From a virus: a stretch of DNA of 64,000 nucleotides. The notes beneath the pieces are model-generated. The model was given only the letters and a program-made list of their open reading frames with translations. It ran no database searches and had not been told where the DNA came from. This document shows positions 38,983 to 48,894 of the stretch, piece by piece. The stretch is taken from positions 86,206 through 150,205 of IMG/VR virus record IMGVR_UViG_3300043409_002109; one strand, 5' to 3'. The first letter of the stretch is position 1. Every line of letters starts with the position of its first letter. Position numbers and translations under genes: made by a program.

Positions 38983-39501
38983 TTATTCCTCTATAGTATG
39001 AGAAATAATACCGTATTTACTTAGTTCTCTTTCATTATTCTCTTGAAGAGTCTTATGTTCTATAACAATGTCATTAACTAAATGTATTACTTTTAGTTCT
39101 ATTAATTCAATAAGATCATTAAAGTAACCTTGGCTAGCATTTTGGAATTGAATCCATTCTTCAGGAGATAAATAATTGGTTTTACGATGAATCCCTCTTA
39201 CATTAAGAAGAAATGTTAACATCATTTCTTTACCAATATCTTGACAAGCTCCGGGGATATATTCTTCAAGAACAATTAAACATTTTGGCATACCATCTTG
39301 TTCAATAATCTTCCAGATATCTGTTTTATGCTCTTCTAACAATTGTAGATCATTAATTATATGAGCAACTCTATTAGTTTCTTGATGAAGGATTTCTGCT
39401 AGCTCTTTTAGAGAGTATTTTTTCTCTTTGATTATTAGGAATCCTAATAAATGAAAGAAGTTTGATAGTAGTTGTCGAATATTCATTGGTTTATTCCTCA
39501 C
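38983..39501 (-). CDS. hypothetical protein
   Basis: ORF in the operon. Confidence 0.55.
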   Translation of the reverse strand: MRNKPMNIRQLLSNFFHLLGFLIIKEKKYSLKELAEILHQETNRVAHIINDLQLLEEHKTDIWKIIEQDGMPKCLIVLEEYIPGACQDIGKEMMLTFLLNVRGIHRKTNYLSPEEWIQFQNASQGYFNDLIELIELKVIHLVNDIVIEHKTLQENNERELSKYGIISHTIEE

Positions 39502-39545
39502 AGCGAAGGGGAGCCATAGGCTCCCCTTCTTGTGGTACTGATAGT

Positions 39546-41042
39546 TTACTTATTTAAAGTTTCTTGAACAGTCATTAGTTTTTCTTTCATTTCTGGAGAA
39601 AGAACTTCGTTGAACCGACTACATTCTTTCCAACTCATGCGTGCATGAGTACGTACTAGGTTGAAGTAGTCAAACTGATAGTCTACTGGACCTTGATCCC
39701 AGATGACTTCAAGAAGATCATCTAGTGTTTCAAGGTAAGGGAAAACCATCAAGTTAGCTTTATTAAGATCATGGCTTTCATAACAAACAGAGAAATTGCC
39801 AGGCAGACTGATTTTAGTTACGTCACTTGATGGACGCTTCATAATGGGTTTTACAGTACCATCTTGAAGTTCTATTTCACATGCCTTGATAGCAGCCTTT
39901 AAGGTGTCCCTATTCTGTTTCTGAAGTAGTCCGCCACCCATACCATAGGCAACACACTGAGCGCTATAGCCAGCTCTGTAAACAGCATCTGCGATGGTTC
40001 CTATATCTTGCAATTCAAGACCATCACCTTGGATAAGACCAGCGCCATTGATAACTCGGTAACCCAAAGAGTTTTTGGTGCTGCCAAATGCCTTTTCAAG
40101 ATAGAATAATCCATCTAGCACTGCCTGCTGGGGGTCTCCCGAATCAGGTCGTACTACAAAGAACTGGTTCTTTGCGCGGCAAGGCTCAACAATAAGAGGA
40201 AGAATTTCTTTAAGAAATCTATGATAATCATAAGAATCAGCAACCACAGAAAGGATAGCACCCTCAGGAGACTTCTCAATAAGATTGAGAATAGCTTTGA
40301 GTTCGGAATCCCAAGTGGTCATAACAGAATGCTCTGTGGCAATGACAGACTGACCGATAGGAACCCCAGCATTCCACTTGGTAGCAAGCCAGCCTGCAGT
40401 CATGGTATCTGTGCCTTCAAAGAACAATAAATGGCCAATACCTGTAACCATAGCAGTCTCAGCGGAACTCGTGCCGCGACTGCCGAAGTCATGGAACCTA
40501 CTATCAAGTAGAAAGTGAGAGTCAGGATCTACAGTCTTTTCAAAGTAGAACTCAAGACAATCACGGACTAAGGCACTCTTAGTAGCAGTACATGAAGGCG
40601 ACCATAGCCGCATTAGACGAGATTCCAAGAATGTAACTAATCCCTGATAGGGCGCTTTGGCAGAAATGACAAAGCAAGGTATGCCTGGGTGTACGCACTG
40701 TCCTTCTCGAAGAGATCGGATTGTGACAGGCCAATACCCATTGTTCTCTTCAATTACCTTAATAAACAGATCACGAGGATATTGATACTGTGTACCAGCC
40801 ACACCATGATGGGCCAAGTATTCATCAGCTTCGTAAATATCTTCCATTGTAATGGGGACACTCAAGAAGGATTCGTACATCCATCTCATACCGAAGAAGA
40901 CAATTCTACTATCTTCTATGGGGAGTGTATTACCTCTGAACGTGAAATAAGCATTAATTCTTTGAATATCTGGAGAATATTCTTCAGGATGACCCATTTT
41001 GTAAGAATCAGCATCTAATAGTGTTGGAATATGTATATTCAT
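39546..41042 (-). CDS. nadV: nicotinamide phosphoribosyltransferase
   Basis: DSYK..H, FFG, HDFGSRG, ATEHS, SVVADSYD, VRPDSGDP, IQGDG, G.GGGLLQ..NRDT...A.K. Confidence 0.95.
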   Translation of the reverse strand: MNIHIPTLLDADSYKMGHPEEYSPDIQRINAYFTFRGNTLPIEDSRIVFFGMRWMYESFLSVPITMEDIYEADEYLAHHGVAGTQYQYPRDLFIKVIEENNGYWPVTIRSLREGQCVHPGIPCFVISAKAPYQGLVTFLESRLMRLWSPSCTATKSALVRDCLEFYFEKTVDPDSHFLLDSRFHDFGSRGTSSAETAMVTGIGHLLFFEGTDTMTAGWLATKWNAGVPIGQSVIATEHSVMTTWDSELKAILNLIEKSPEGAILSVVADSYDYHRFLKEILPLIVEPCRAKNQFFVVRPDSGDPQQAVLDGLFYLEKAFGSTKNSLGYRVINGAGLIQGDGLELQDIGTIADAVYRAGYSAQCVAYGMGGGLLQKQNRDTLKAAIKACEIELQDGTVKPIMKRPSSDVTKISLPGNFSVCYESHDLNKANLMVFPYLETLDDLLEVIWDQGPVDYQFDYFNLVRTHARMSWKECSRFNEVLSPEMKEKLMTVQETLNK

Positions 41043-41047
41043 TTTAA

Positions 41048-41086
41048 CCTCTTTATGAGTTTTGTTACGATTGCGAGCTTATGCTC
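41048..41086 (-). promoter_or_regulatory. structured leader motif over the nadV RBS (copy 1)
   Basis: GAGC-AUAA-GCUC hairpin plus 23 nt identical to the nadM leader. Confidence 0.65.
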
Positions 41087-42170
41087 AGGTTCGAAGACAC
41101 ATTTCAGCTATAATTGAACTGTGATCTTCGAAGATTATCTCAGACATATTGCCTAAGATTTCGTTTAGCGGAATGAATTTGCTCTTAGCAGCATCATCAT
41201 CAGCACGATGAGTAACTTCTAGAACATCAGGGATGCGCCACAAGTAACCTTCTGTGATTGTACGACCTCGTTGACTCCGCAAAGGATGATCAAAAGATCG
41301 TACTTGCTGGATCCATGCTGAATCCATTGGTACTCGGGTTGTTCCATTCTTTGTATGTCTGAAGATCTCAATATGAGTCTCTTCTTGAAGTTCACGTTCA
41401 GCTGCTGCTCTTTTGGTTTCATTAACATTCAAGAACCCACCTGGTAGCGCCCAGAGGCCCATACCAGGACGATGGCGGCGCTGAATCATAAGTACCATTC
41501 CACGCCATAGCACTATGTTATCTACCGTTTGAAAAATAGGAGGATAGGGCAAAACCCGATATGGCTCTTGATAGTTCTGTTCAAATTTATACTCTTTGCG
41601 TAGCCAATCAGCTTTAGTATCTAGAATCCAGAAATTGAGATAATTATTAACCCCAGGAGAACAATCTGGATAGGTCTGATTAAGAGGGCCAGTAAGAAGT
41701 TCTTTGCGTACATCAGTGGCGTTATAGATTTTAGTCCCTAGTTCAACGGGACTAATCTCTATACGATTCCATTGAGGGAATATCTTAAGATAATAACTAG
41801 TATCATCTTTATTAAAACCATAGAGAGTGATTTCGAAGTTATTTTCTTCACCGCTTTTAGACCATAGTCTAAGATTTTTCTTATTGTTTTCTATGGCATC
41901 TTGGATAGCATATTGCCATCGAGTATCTGAGTAAGGATAATCTCGGATACCTTGAAAGAACATTCTTTCGAACTCTTCTTTTGTAAACGCTTGGTGAAAC
42001 ATTTCAATACGTTCATGAACATTGAATGGACATCTAGTATTAGGTGCCTGATAGGCAGAACCTAATAAGATTATGACAGCATCTTGTTCTGCAAGTATCT
42101 GGCGAACAACTGCTTCATGGCCCTTATGAAGGGGAGAAAATCGGCCTATGAAGACCCCGACACGCATCAT
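41085..42170 (-). CDS. nadM: bifunctional NMN adenylyltransferase / ADP-ribose Nudix hydrolase (NadM-Nudix, NatV-like)
   Basis: GRFSPLHKGH, GS, PF...ER, NATDVR, WALPGGF...E......RELQEET, DDA, FEDH. Confidence 0.95.
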   Translation of the reverse strand: MMRVGVFIGRFSPLHKGHEAVVRQILAEQDAVIILLGSAYQAPNTRCPFNVHERIEMFHQAFTKEEFERMFFQGIRDYPYSDTRWQYAIQDAIENNKKNLRLWSKSGEENNFEITLYGFNKDDTSYYLKIFPQWNRIEISPVELGTKIYNATDVRKELLTGPLNQTYPDCSPGVNNYLNFWILDTKADWLRKEYKFEQNYQEPYRVLPYPPIFQTVDNIVLWRGMVLMIQRRHRPGMGLWALPGGFLNVNETKRAAAERELQEETHIEIFRHTKNGTTRVPMDSAWIQQVRSFDHPLRSQRGRTITEGYLWRIPDVLEVTHRADDDAAKSKFIPLNEILGNMSEIIFEDHSSIIAEMCLRT

Positions 42171-42176
42171 TTTTAG

Positions 42177-42216
42177 CCTCTTTATGAGTTTTGTTACGAA
42201 TTAGTCCTTATGGACT
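42177..42216 (-). promoter_or_regulatory. structured leader motif over the nadM RBS (copy 2)
   Basis: AGUCC-AUAA-GGACU hairpin plus 23 nt identical to the nadV leader. Confidence 0.65.
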
Positions 42217-42229
42217 TTTCAATCATAGC

Positions 42230-42257
42230 ATAAGGGGTGCCTTTCGGCACCCCTTAT
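42230..42257 (-). terminator. hairpin downstream of membrane-protein gene
   Basis: ATAAGGGGTGCC-TTTC-GGCACCCCTTAT (GAAA loop on the mRNA strand). Confidence 0.6.
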
Positions 42258-42263
42258 CTTTAG

Positions 42264-42596
42264 TTACTTCATTACTATTTCACGGAACTTTCGTTCGATT
42301 TTACCAGTTACGCCTTCGTATCGAAGCTCAAGGCGCTCCTTCACATCAGGATTATCATCCATGTATTCTGTCATTATGAATCCAAGATCGATGAGCAACC
42401 CGGCTACAGTAGCACCAAAGATTGCAACAATGCTTTTAGATACAGAACTTAGAGTGATGAAGACAATTGTAAAAACAACAACATCTGTAAAAAGCCTATT
42501 GGCTTTAAAGAAGTTTTGAACTATTACAGGCATTTTATGGAAAGAGATTATTGCAGAAAGGAACGTGAGAAATCCGAGAATGAATCCAGCTATCAT
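42264..42596 (-). CDS. small multi-pass membrane protein
   Basis: Three hydrophobic segments; coupled to the AAA gene. Confidence 0.65.
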   Translation of the reverse strand: MIAGFILGFLTFLSAIISFHKMPVIVQNFFKANRLFTDVVVFTIVFITLSSVSKSIVAIFGATVAGLLIDLGFIMTEYMDDNPDVKERLELRYEGVTGKIERKFREIVMK

Positions 42597-43513
42597 TTTT
42601 TCATTCCTATGATTAGGCTAGTTAAGGGAGGGCACACCTCTGAATCTTCTTCTTCTTCTTCTTCTTCTTCAATCGTTACAGGAACTTTTGCCATTAGCTT
42701 TAGACGATTTGCTTCTGCCTGTAATGGCTTATTATAAACCAATATAGAAAGAATAAGTTCTTTACAAAAGTCTAAAACCAATCCGTCACTGGCTTCGACC
42801 ATAGGTTCTAGCCATCGTTCTTTATCTTCTGGATGAAGTTTTGCATTGAAGAATGAGCGTCGCATTTGAACAGATGGAGTTTTTACTTCTATGATTCTGT
42901 TGAACCTGCTGGGTCTAGCCTTTAATCTGTCTGGAATTTTATCTATATAGTTAGTAGTTCCTATGTAGATAATATTTTCAACAGTAGAACGGCCGTCTAG
43001 AAGTTCTAGAATTCTATTCTCGTAATTTATAAGATAACTATCTATTTCTTCCCATATCACTAGAATTGGATATGTAGGATTTTTAGTAACTACACGAATA
43101 TTTTCTATGAACTTAGAAACTAGATCGGGAGGAGGATCTATTAGAACAATATATCCAGCTGATATAGCAGCTTCTTTAACTCGATGGATTACATAAGTTT
43201 TTCCAGTACCAGGAGAACCATGAAGAAGTAACCCACTTCTATATAGAATATTATATCTTTGGTATCTCTCTTTAGTCTCTACTGTAAAGAATTCATTAAT
43301 AAAATCTAGAGTTTCCACAGAAGCTTCATCTTCTAAAGGAATAAGATTCTCAGTTACTATTGAAGTAGGGACTAACCACTGCTTGCCTGTAAATTGATTA
43401 ATTCCTACTTTGTATACTCCAGGAGGAATAATTTCTATAAGATTCGATATATCTGGAAGTGTGCTAAATACAATCCATTTGTCTTCGTCTATATATACTT
43501 TATCAAATGCCAT
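42593..43513 (-). CDS. AAA+ ATPase
   Basis: GLLLHGSPGTGKT, WEEID, LLDG, TTNY, RPSRF. Confidence 0.88.
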   Translation of the reverse strand: MAFDKVYIDEDKWIVFSTLPDISNLIEIIPPGVYKVGINQFTGKQWLVPTSIVTENLIPLEDEASVETLDFINEFFTVETKERYQRYNILYRSGLLLHGSPGTGKTYVIHRVKEAAISAGYIVLIDPPPDLVSKFIENIRVVTKNPTYPILVIWEEIDSYLINYENRILELLDGRSTVENIIYIGTTNYIDKIPDRLKARPSRFNRIIEVKTPSVQMRRSFFNAKLHPEDKERWLEPMVEASDGLVLDFCKELILSILVYNKPLQAEANRLKLMAKVPVTIEEEEEEEEDSEVCPPLTSLIIGMKK

Positions 43514-43772
43514 CTAATACTCCATTAATAATTAGAACCCAAGGTTTTCCGGTAAACATACAAATAGTAACTTGATTACCATATCGAACTAGTTGCCCAG
43601 CTCTACCAGGCGTATTCGAAGAAGCTCTCTCATATCTACCTGATTCATATTCGAGATAGGGTCTATCGGGAAGATCTCTATTTATTTCTATCCATTCAGA
43701 TTGGTCTGTCAATCTTATTTTTAGAAAATCTGTATGAAGCCAGAAATGAAATGTTTTGTATAAGTTTTGCAT
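43503..43772 (-). CDS. hypothetical protein
   Basis: GAGG RBS before MQNLY. Confidence 0.55.
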   Translation of the reverse strand: MQNLYKTFHFWLHTDFLKIRLTDQSEWIEINRDLPDRPYLEYESGRYERASSNTPGRAGQLVRYGNQVTICMFTGKPWVLIINGVLDGI

Positions 43773-43820
43773 GTACCTCAAATACACAGGGCGCCATAGG
43801 CGCCCTGTGTATAGCAATTA

Positions 43821-44162
43821 TTAGGTCTGTAGTTCTATTGGAGCGCTAAATAGTAATTGAGTTAAGAATAATTCAAAGTCTTCTCTATAACCTTCAGGCA
43901 ACCAAGATAGAGGAATATTAATAATCTCTTTGTCTTTAATCGATCTTTTATGATCGTATTGACTTACCCTCAGCCAAACTTTTTCTACGCTTTCCGCTCT
44001 TAGAATATATGCTATCTGTCCATATTTTTCATGTTTAACATAAGTTCTGACTATAATAGCATCTTTAGTTTTATGAATGTTCCAATTAGCTTGTTTAAGA
44101 ACTTTAGGTTCATAGAGGAGTTCATCAAAAACTTTTTCTATATTCTCTGGCCTAGGCATCAA
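43821..44162 (-). CDS. hypothetical protein
   Basis: Coupled to the ligase gene. Confidence 0.55.
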   Translation of the reverse strand: MMPRPENIEKVFDELLYEPKVLKQANWNIHKTKDAIIVRTYVKHEKYGQIAYILRAESVEKVWLRVSQYDHKRSIKDKEIINIPLSWLPEGYREDFELFLTQLLFSAPIELQT

Positions 44163-45565
44163 GATACCTCTTCTATATCGATGTAGTTATCATCTTCTTT
44201 GGTCAAACCTTCGAGATATAAGAATTTAAAAGCTTTATTCTTAAAAGTTCTCATCAATTCGGGGTGAGTAACTTCAATGCAAACTCCTTCAGAAATATGT
44301 TCTGGGAATTGCTTTGAAGGCTGTTCTGCAAGATTATTAACTATTTCTAGGAAGTCTATTTTGCCACCTAGAGTCAATTCATCTACAGTTCCGTAAAACA
44401 GGCGGGGAACATGATACAGACCTAATACAGAGCATCTAGCAAGACGCTGGGGGTAGCTGAGATCTATTTGGTGTCCATCTGGATTAGTATGAGTAATCCG
44501 ATAAATCCAAATTTGATGTTCACCAAGTTCTGCGTCACAGTTATAAGAATATTCCATTTTAGAACCATTCATATAGCTTTTATACTGTTTAAGAATCTCT
44601 GCTCCAATACCATCTTTTTTTACATTATGATGAAATAGAGGAGAATTGGGCGCCTGATATCCTACGATTTCATAGTAAAGAGTTTCTCCTTTATGGAGAA
44701 CGCCTGTTAAAGATTCATGAATCCTTTCTCGGAATCCATTGCCCTTGTGGTATCCATCTACGATTTTATCAATGAAGGCCACGCGACGACTGCCGCTAAT
44801 AGTTTCATATTCTTCAGTAGTAAGATCTAAAGCTTGGAAAATCTTATCAAAAGGATTAATTCCAAAAGCTATATTGTTACATATCTGTCCTAATCGGATA
44901 GCTAAAGTTTGGTACCAATTGATTTCACGCTCTCTTCGAACTAAGACGTTACCAGTTCGACCTGAAGTTCCATGAAGCTTTGCAGTTATAAGTATCTGAG
45001 CATCCTTAGGGATTCTCTTATAATTGTATTTAAAGTTTTCAGTATCAAAATGCTCAATAAATGTTGGCGCCCAAGCAAGCTTACGTTTGATTTTCTTTTC
45101 TTTATTATCTTTGTTTTCGTTTAGTCTCTGCTGGGCAGGGCTAACATATCTTTCGCAGATCGGTCTGCCATTCAATTCAGTGAATAGATAACCAGGGTGA
45201 ACTGTAGAAAAATCAAAGCCTGTATACTCTAGGCTAGATAAGGGCGCGATGTATCCTTCTGATACCTGTCCACGAAGTTTAATGCATCGAATACGACCGC
45301 TTTCTTCGAAGAATCCAAATTTATTTGCTTCTTTATTAGGACGAACTGAAGCCTCTGTTGTACTAGAATATCTATATTCACTATTTTCATATAGAAATTC
45401 ATTAGAGAATTTACCTCCTTCTGGGAAGAAGCAAGCCATATCTCCAACTTTATAATCAACGGTACTAATAACTTGTGAACCTGCGATATGAACAATTTTT
45501 AGTCCGTTATCACTATTGGGATGAGGCTCTACAGCAGTTATAACTGTAAAAATTCCGCTATACAT
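44159..45565 (-). CDS. ATP-dependent RNA ligase (DRB0094/Rnl2-like, N-terminal OB)
   Basis: HPN, KLRG..SEG, motif I TAKLHGTS, SR, YYEI.G, motif IV EGVCI, motif V FKNK. Confidence 0.85.
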   Translation of the reverse strand: MYSGIFTVITAVEPHPNSDNGLKIVHIAGSQVISTVDYKVGDMACFFPEGGKFSNEFLYENSEYRYSSTTEASVRPNKEANKFGFFEESGRIRCIKLRGQVSEGYIAPLSSLEYTGFDFSTVHPGYLFTELNGRPICERYVSPAQQRLNENKDNKEKKIKRKLAWAPTFIEHFDTENFKYNYKRIPKDAQILITAKLHGTSGRTGNVLVRREREINWYQTLAIRLGQICNNIAFGINPFDKIFQALDLTTEEYETISGSRRVAFIDKIVDGYHKGNGFRERIHESLTGVLHKGETLYYEIVGYQAPNSPLFHHNVKKDGIGAEILKQYKSYMNGSKMEYSYNCDAELGEHQIWIYRITHTNPDGHQIDLSYPQRLARCSVLGLYHVPRLFYGTVDELTLGGKIDFLEIVNNLAEQPSKQFPEHISEGVCIEVTHPELMRTFKNKAFKFLYLEGLTKEDDNYIDIEEVS

Positions 45566-45578
45566 TTTATATCCTTGT

Positions 45579-46091
45579 TTAATCTTCTATAGGACTATGT
45601 TTATTCAATATTCTGTGAGCAAATGATTTGGCTATTTGAATAGTTAAATCTAATTGTAAGTTTGGTATTATCTTACCAAATTGTTTTGCTGTTCGAAGTA
45701 ATTTGGGTTTGCTGCTTCCTTTAGTAGGTAACAGCAGCAAACCCCAATATGGAGGTACTCCTAATTCCGTCAGCCTTTTAATTGCTATCTCTTTAGTGGT
45801 TTGTTTATCAAGTCCAAAAGCTTCTTTTGTGCCTGCAAGATAGCAATGAGTTGAGCCCTGTTCATATTTTAATAACTTGCCTTTAGTTACATCAGCTATT
45901 AAATCTGATCTTGTTCTTTTAACTTCAATACTTGTTATTCTAGGATTAGGCTTAAGAGGGCTAGTCAAAGCTATTACGTCAACGAAACCTCCATTCCATT
46001 GGAGTTCCCAAGAACAGATATCATATATATTTTGTTTTAGTGTCCATTTGGCTACTAATTCACATAATCTACGATGGCTGTTCTCAGGCAT
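45579..46091 (-). CDS. PD-(D/E)XK endonuclease, MmcB-like
   Basis: E......VDVIA...IEVKRTRSD..AD..K...Y...CY...P..WGL. Confidence 0.7.
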   Translation of the reverse strand: MPENSHRRLCELVAKWTLKQNIYDICSWELQWNGGFVDVIALTSPLKPNPRITSIEVKRTRSDLIADVTKGKLLKYEQGSTHCYLAGTKEAFGLDKQTTKEIAIKRLTELGVPPYWGLLLLPTKGSSKPKLLRTAKQFGKIIPNLQLDLTIQIAKSFAHRILNKHSPIED

Positions 46092-46586
46092 TTACTCTGA
46101 AACTGGAGATCTATTAATAGTTCTAGGAACCTCTTGTTCTTTCTTTTGAACATAAGATTCAGGTAAAGAAATATCTAGTTCAGAGAGAAAATCTTCTGCT
46201 GAATTTCCAGTAATACCTTTATTGAATTGCTTATCCATTAGAAGTTCATTAACAATGTTATCTCTACGTTCTACTAACCATTCACCTTTTAGAAGGATTT
46301 TGCTGTTAAGATCAATCTCTTGAGCAGGAATGGGATTTTCTGTGGCACAACACGGGCATAGCCACCAGATAGATATGTTTTGACCTCCAGGCACGTCTTG
46401 CACTTTCTTGTAGAAGTCTTTTCTACTTAGAATAATTTCGGCGTTACACCCTGTTAATTTAGCCCCTTCATATTTTGAATCTAAAGTTCCACATATAACT
46501 TCTTTTTTCCATATTGTTTGCAATGGAGGCGGAGTCTGAGAAGAAAGATTCCGCCACATTTTTGTAGGAAATTTCTTAATATGCAT
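46092..46586 (-). CDS. hypothetical zinc-binding protein
   Basis: C...GC...CPCC. Confidence 0.55.
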   Translation of the reverse strand: MHIKKFPTKMWRNLSSQTPPPLQTIWKKEVICGTLDSKYEGAKLTGCNAEIILSRKDFYKKVQDVPGGQNISIWWLCPCCATENPIPAQEIDLNSKILLKGEWLVERRDNIVNELLMDKQFNKGITGNSAEDFLSELDISLPESYVQKKEQEVPRTINRSPVSE

Positions 46587-46588
46587 AA

Positions 46589-47240
46589 TTATCCCTGAGT
46601 TATACAGCCAATGGTAAGATGAAAATCTGGCTTAGGATTAGGATTAAGATTTTGAAACTTTCTGATATCTTCAAGCTCTTCTGAAACTACATCAAAGAAG
46701 AAATAATTCTTTTTGCCTTTTTTGATTTCAGTATTGTATGAGATCTCTATAGTTTCTCCATCTCTATATCGGGGGATTGAATAAAATTCTTCTCTTATAA
46801 ATGTAACATGAGGACCCCAAGAAGATATAGCTGGTTTTTGGCCATAGTCTTTTAGAATGGTTTCTCGTGCCTCTTTAATTACATCAAAACCAACATGAAC
46901 AATAGCCCAGTTTTTCTTTTGTGTAGTTATAATTAAAGCTTTTCTAATATTTTCTAACAATAAATTTAGTTCAGGAGTTTTATTCTCAATGAGAAAAGCT
47001 TCATTATAGATATTATTGACTATAATTGGATGACAAGCTTGAGGGCCTAAACGTGTTAATAGTTCAGTGTCTTTTTTAAGGAGATTTTTAATATAATATA
47101 TATATTTAGAAGGATAGGTTTCATTCAAGATATTAAAAAGCTGAACAAGAAAAGGTCTAATTTTAGATATTTTTCTTGAACCTATGGCATATGCAACTGG
47201 ATCATATTTTATGATTCCAGTTATTGTTTTTAGTTCCATA
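46589..47240 (-). CDS. 2H phosphoesterase-like protein
   Basis: Two HxT motifs: WGPHVTF and DFHLTIG; probable start MELKT. Confidence 0.7.
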
Positions 47241-47366
47241 TTTTCCTTATGTTTTATAGTTTGTCGGGGTGCAAAGCACCCCGACAATGCTCTTTGAAGT
47301 CGAGCTTTCCTTTTACTCTTTATTGCTTCAAGTAGTCATTCTACGGGTGCAATCGGAAGAGTATCC

Positions 47367-47765
47367 TTACCCTAACAGTTCCTGAATCATATGATTGTAA
47401 ACTTCAATACATTGTTCTCTTGGGTATTTACGAGATAGCAAAGGTATCGTAATTTCACCTAATATTTTGATTGCATTAACAAAGAATGCTTGATCAAAAA
47501 TTAAGCTATTGGCTATATCTTCATCAACGTAAGCCTTGGCGTCTAGTTTTTCCAACATTTGATCGCTAAGAACCATGGGAACAGGCTTTGGGTACCAGTC
47601 TTTATTATTTGTATCTTTAAGAGTCCAGATGTAATTTCTGTTACTCAAAACAGGATCATTATTTAAATAGATACTAAGATAAAGTGGATCATTCATCACT
47701 TTAAATCTTTTCAAGACTAGGAAGTTTACTTCTTTTATTTCAACTATTTTACCAAGATGGGACAT
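47367..47765 (-). CDS. hypothetical protein
   Basis: Operon packing. Confidence 0.55.
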   Translation of the reverse strand: MSHLGKIVEIKEVNFLVLKRFKVMNDPLYLSIYLNNDPVLSNRNYIWTLKDTNNKDWYPKPVPMVLSDQMLEKLDAKAYVDEDIANSLIFDQAFFVNAIKILGEITIPLLSRKYPREQCIEVYNHMIQELLG

Positions 47766-48894
47766 CCACGCCTAAGACTCTTGTCCAGTCTTCTAGAGTG
47801 CAGACAGGAATCCAAGTGATATTGGTCCTAGAAGCAACAATTGCTGTCCCGACCGGCCATCGACGAAGAGCTTGCTTGTGAAGAGCATGTGGATCCTCTT
47901 TCACTGTGCCTTTTAGGAATGTAGCAGTAGCTCTATTCTCTTTATAGTATTTACGGATGCTAGTATCAATTTCAGCTTGAGTATGACAAAGATTTCCTTC
48001 TACATCTTTAATAGAAGTAAAACCATTATTCTTTATCCCTGCTAATTTAGCATCTACATAGGCTGTTGGAGTTGGAGTTGGAGTTGGTCTATGGCTAGGT
48101 GCAGTCGTCGTCTGTACGGGAGCTATCTCTTTGGGAACGTATGTGAGAACGCCGTTACTTGTCAACGGGTAATACGTAGGATCAACTATAACTACTCCAT
48201 TATAGGTATAGGTATATCTACTTGGATTTGGTATATAATTAAATAAAAATTGTTTAAGTGTTGTCCCAGAAGTTAGTCGAAAAAGTCTTCCATCACAAGT
48301 AACTACAATTTCTTGGACGGCTGCCGACGTAGGTGCTGGTATAGCTTTTTCAGCAGCTTTTATGACTAAGGTATAAGAGGATTTTTCATCGAATTCATAG
48401 TTTAATGCATCTCTATAAGGACCTTCATAAACTGTAAATCCATTTTTTTCAATACGAATAGAGTATGTTGATGCGCTTGAGAGTGCTATCCCACTTTTTC
48501 CTAGTGCGTCTAGAGTATTTATTGCATTAGGAATATATACACTAGTGGTACCATAGAGTATAGTGATGCTACGATTTGTAATTTCATTGCCTTCAAGATT
48601 TACTTTTCGGATTCTCTTGGCCAAAGTCCCTACGTATCGAGCATCACTGACTGGTTTTGTGCTATTCTGTTTATCAACGACACTTGTTACTGCGACTGTA
48701 GCCCCATTCATATTCTCCCATTCTTCATAGAAGTTATTCTTGTCTGCATCGCTTTGACTGAACCAACCATGATATAGGGTAAAAGAGATATTGATTTTGC
48801 TAGCCTGAAGGTCGGCCTTTTCTTTATCAATACGCTCTTGATCTTTATCAGTTCTAAAAAGTTTTGCGGTAAGGAATGGATTATCGTTATTCAT
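47749..48894 (-). CDS. multidomain protein with two internal beta-grasp (ThiS/Ubl-like) segments
   Basis: IVVTCDG...GTTLKQFL...YNG...YPLTSNGVLTYVP and a weaker upstream copy; Pro/Thr linkers. Confidence 0.5.
   Translation of the reverse strand: MNNDNPFLTAKLFRTDKDQERIDKEKADLQASKINISFTLYHGWFSQSDADKNNFYEEWENMNGATVAVTSVVDKQNSTKPVSDARYVGTLAKRIRKVNLEGNEITNRSITILYGTTSVYIPNAINTLDALGKSGIALSSASTYSIRIEKNGFTVYEGPYRDALNYEFDEKSSYTLVIKAAEKAIPAPTSAAVQEIVVTCDGRLFRLTSGTTLKQFLFNYIPNPSRYTYTYNGVVIVDPTYYPLTSNGVLTYVPKEIAPVQTTTAPSHRPTPTPTPTAYVDAKLAGIKNNGFTSIKDVEGNLCHTQAEIDTSIRKYYKENRATATFLKGTVKEDPHALHKQALRRWPVGTAIVASRTNITWIPVCTLEDWTRVLGVDVPSW

Noticed and set aside
41048-41070. NrtR operator upstream of the NAD genes
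   Set aside because: GT-N6-AC spacing rather than GT-N7-AC, no dyad symmetry, no NrtR gene; stem covariation fits an RNA element better
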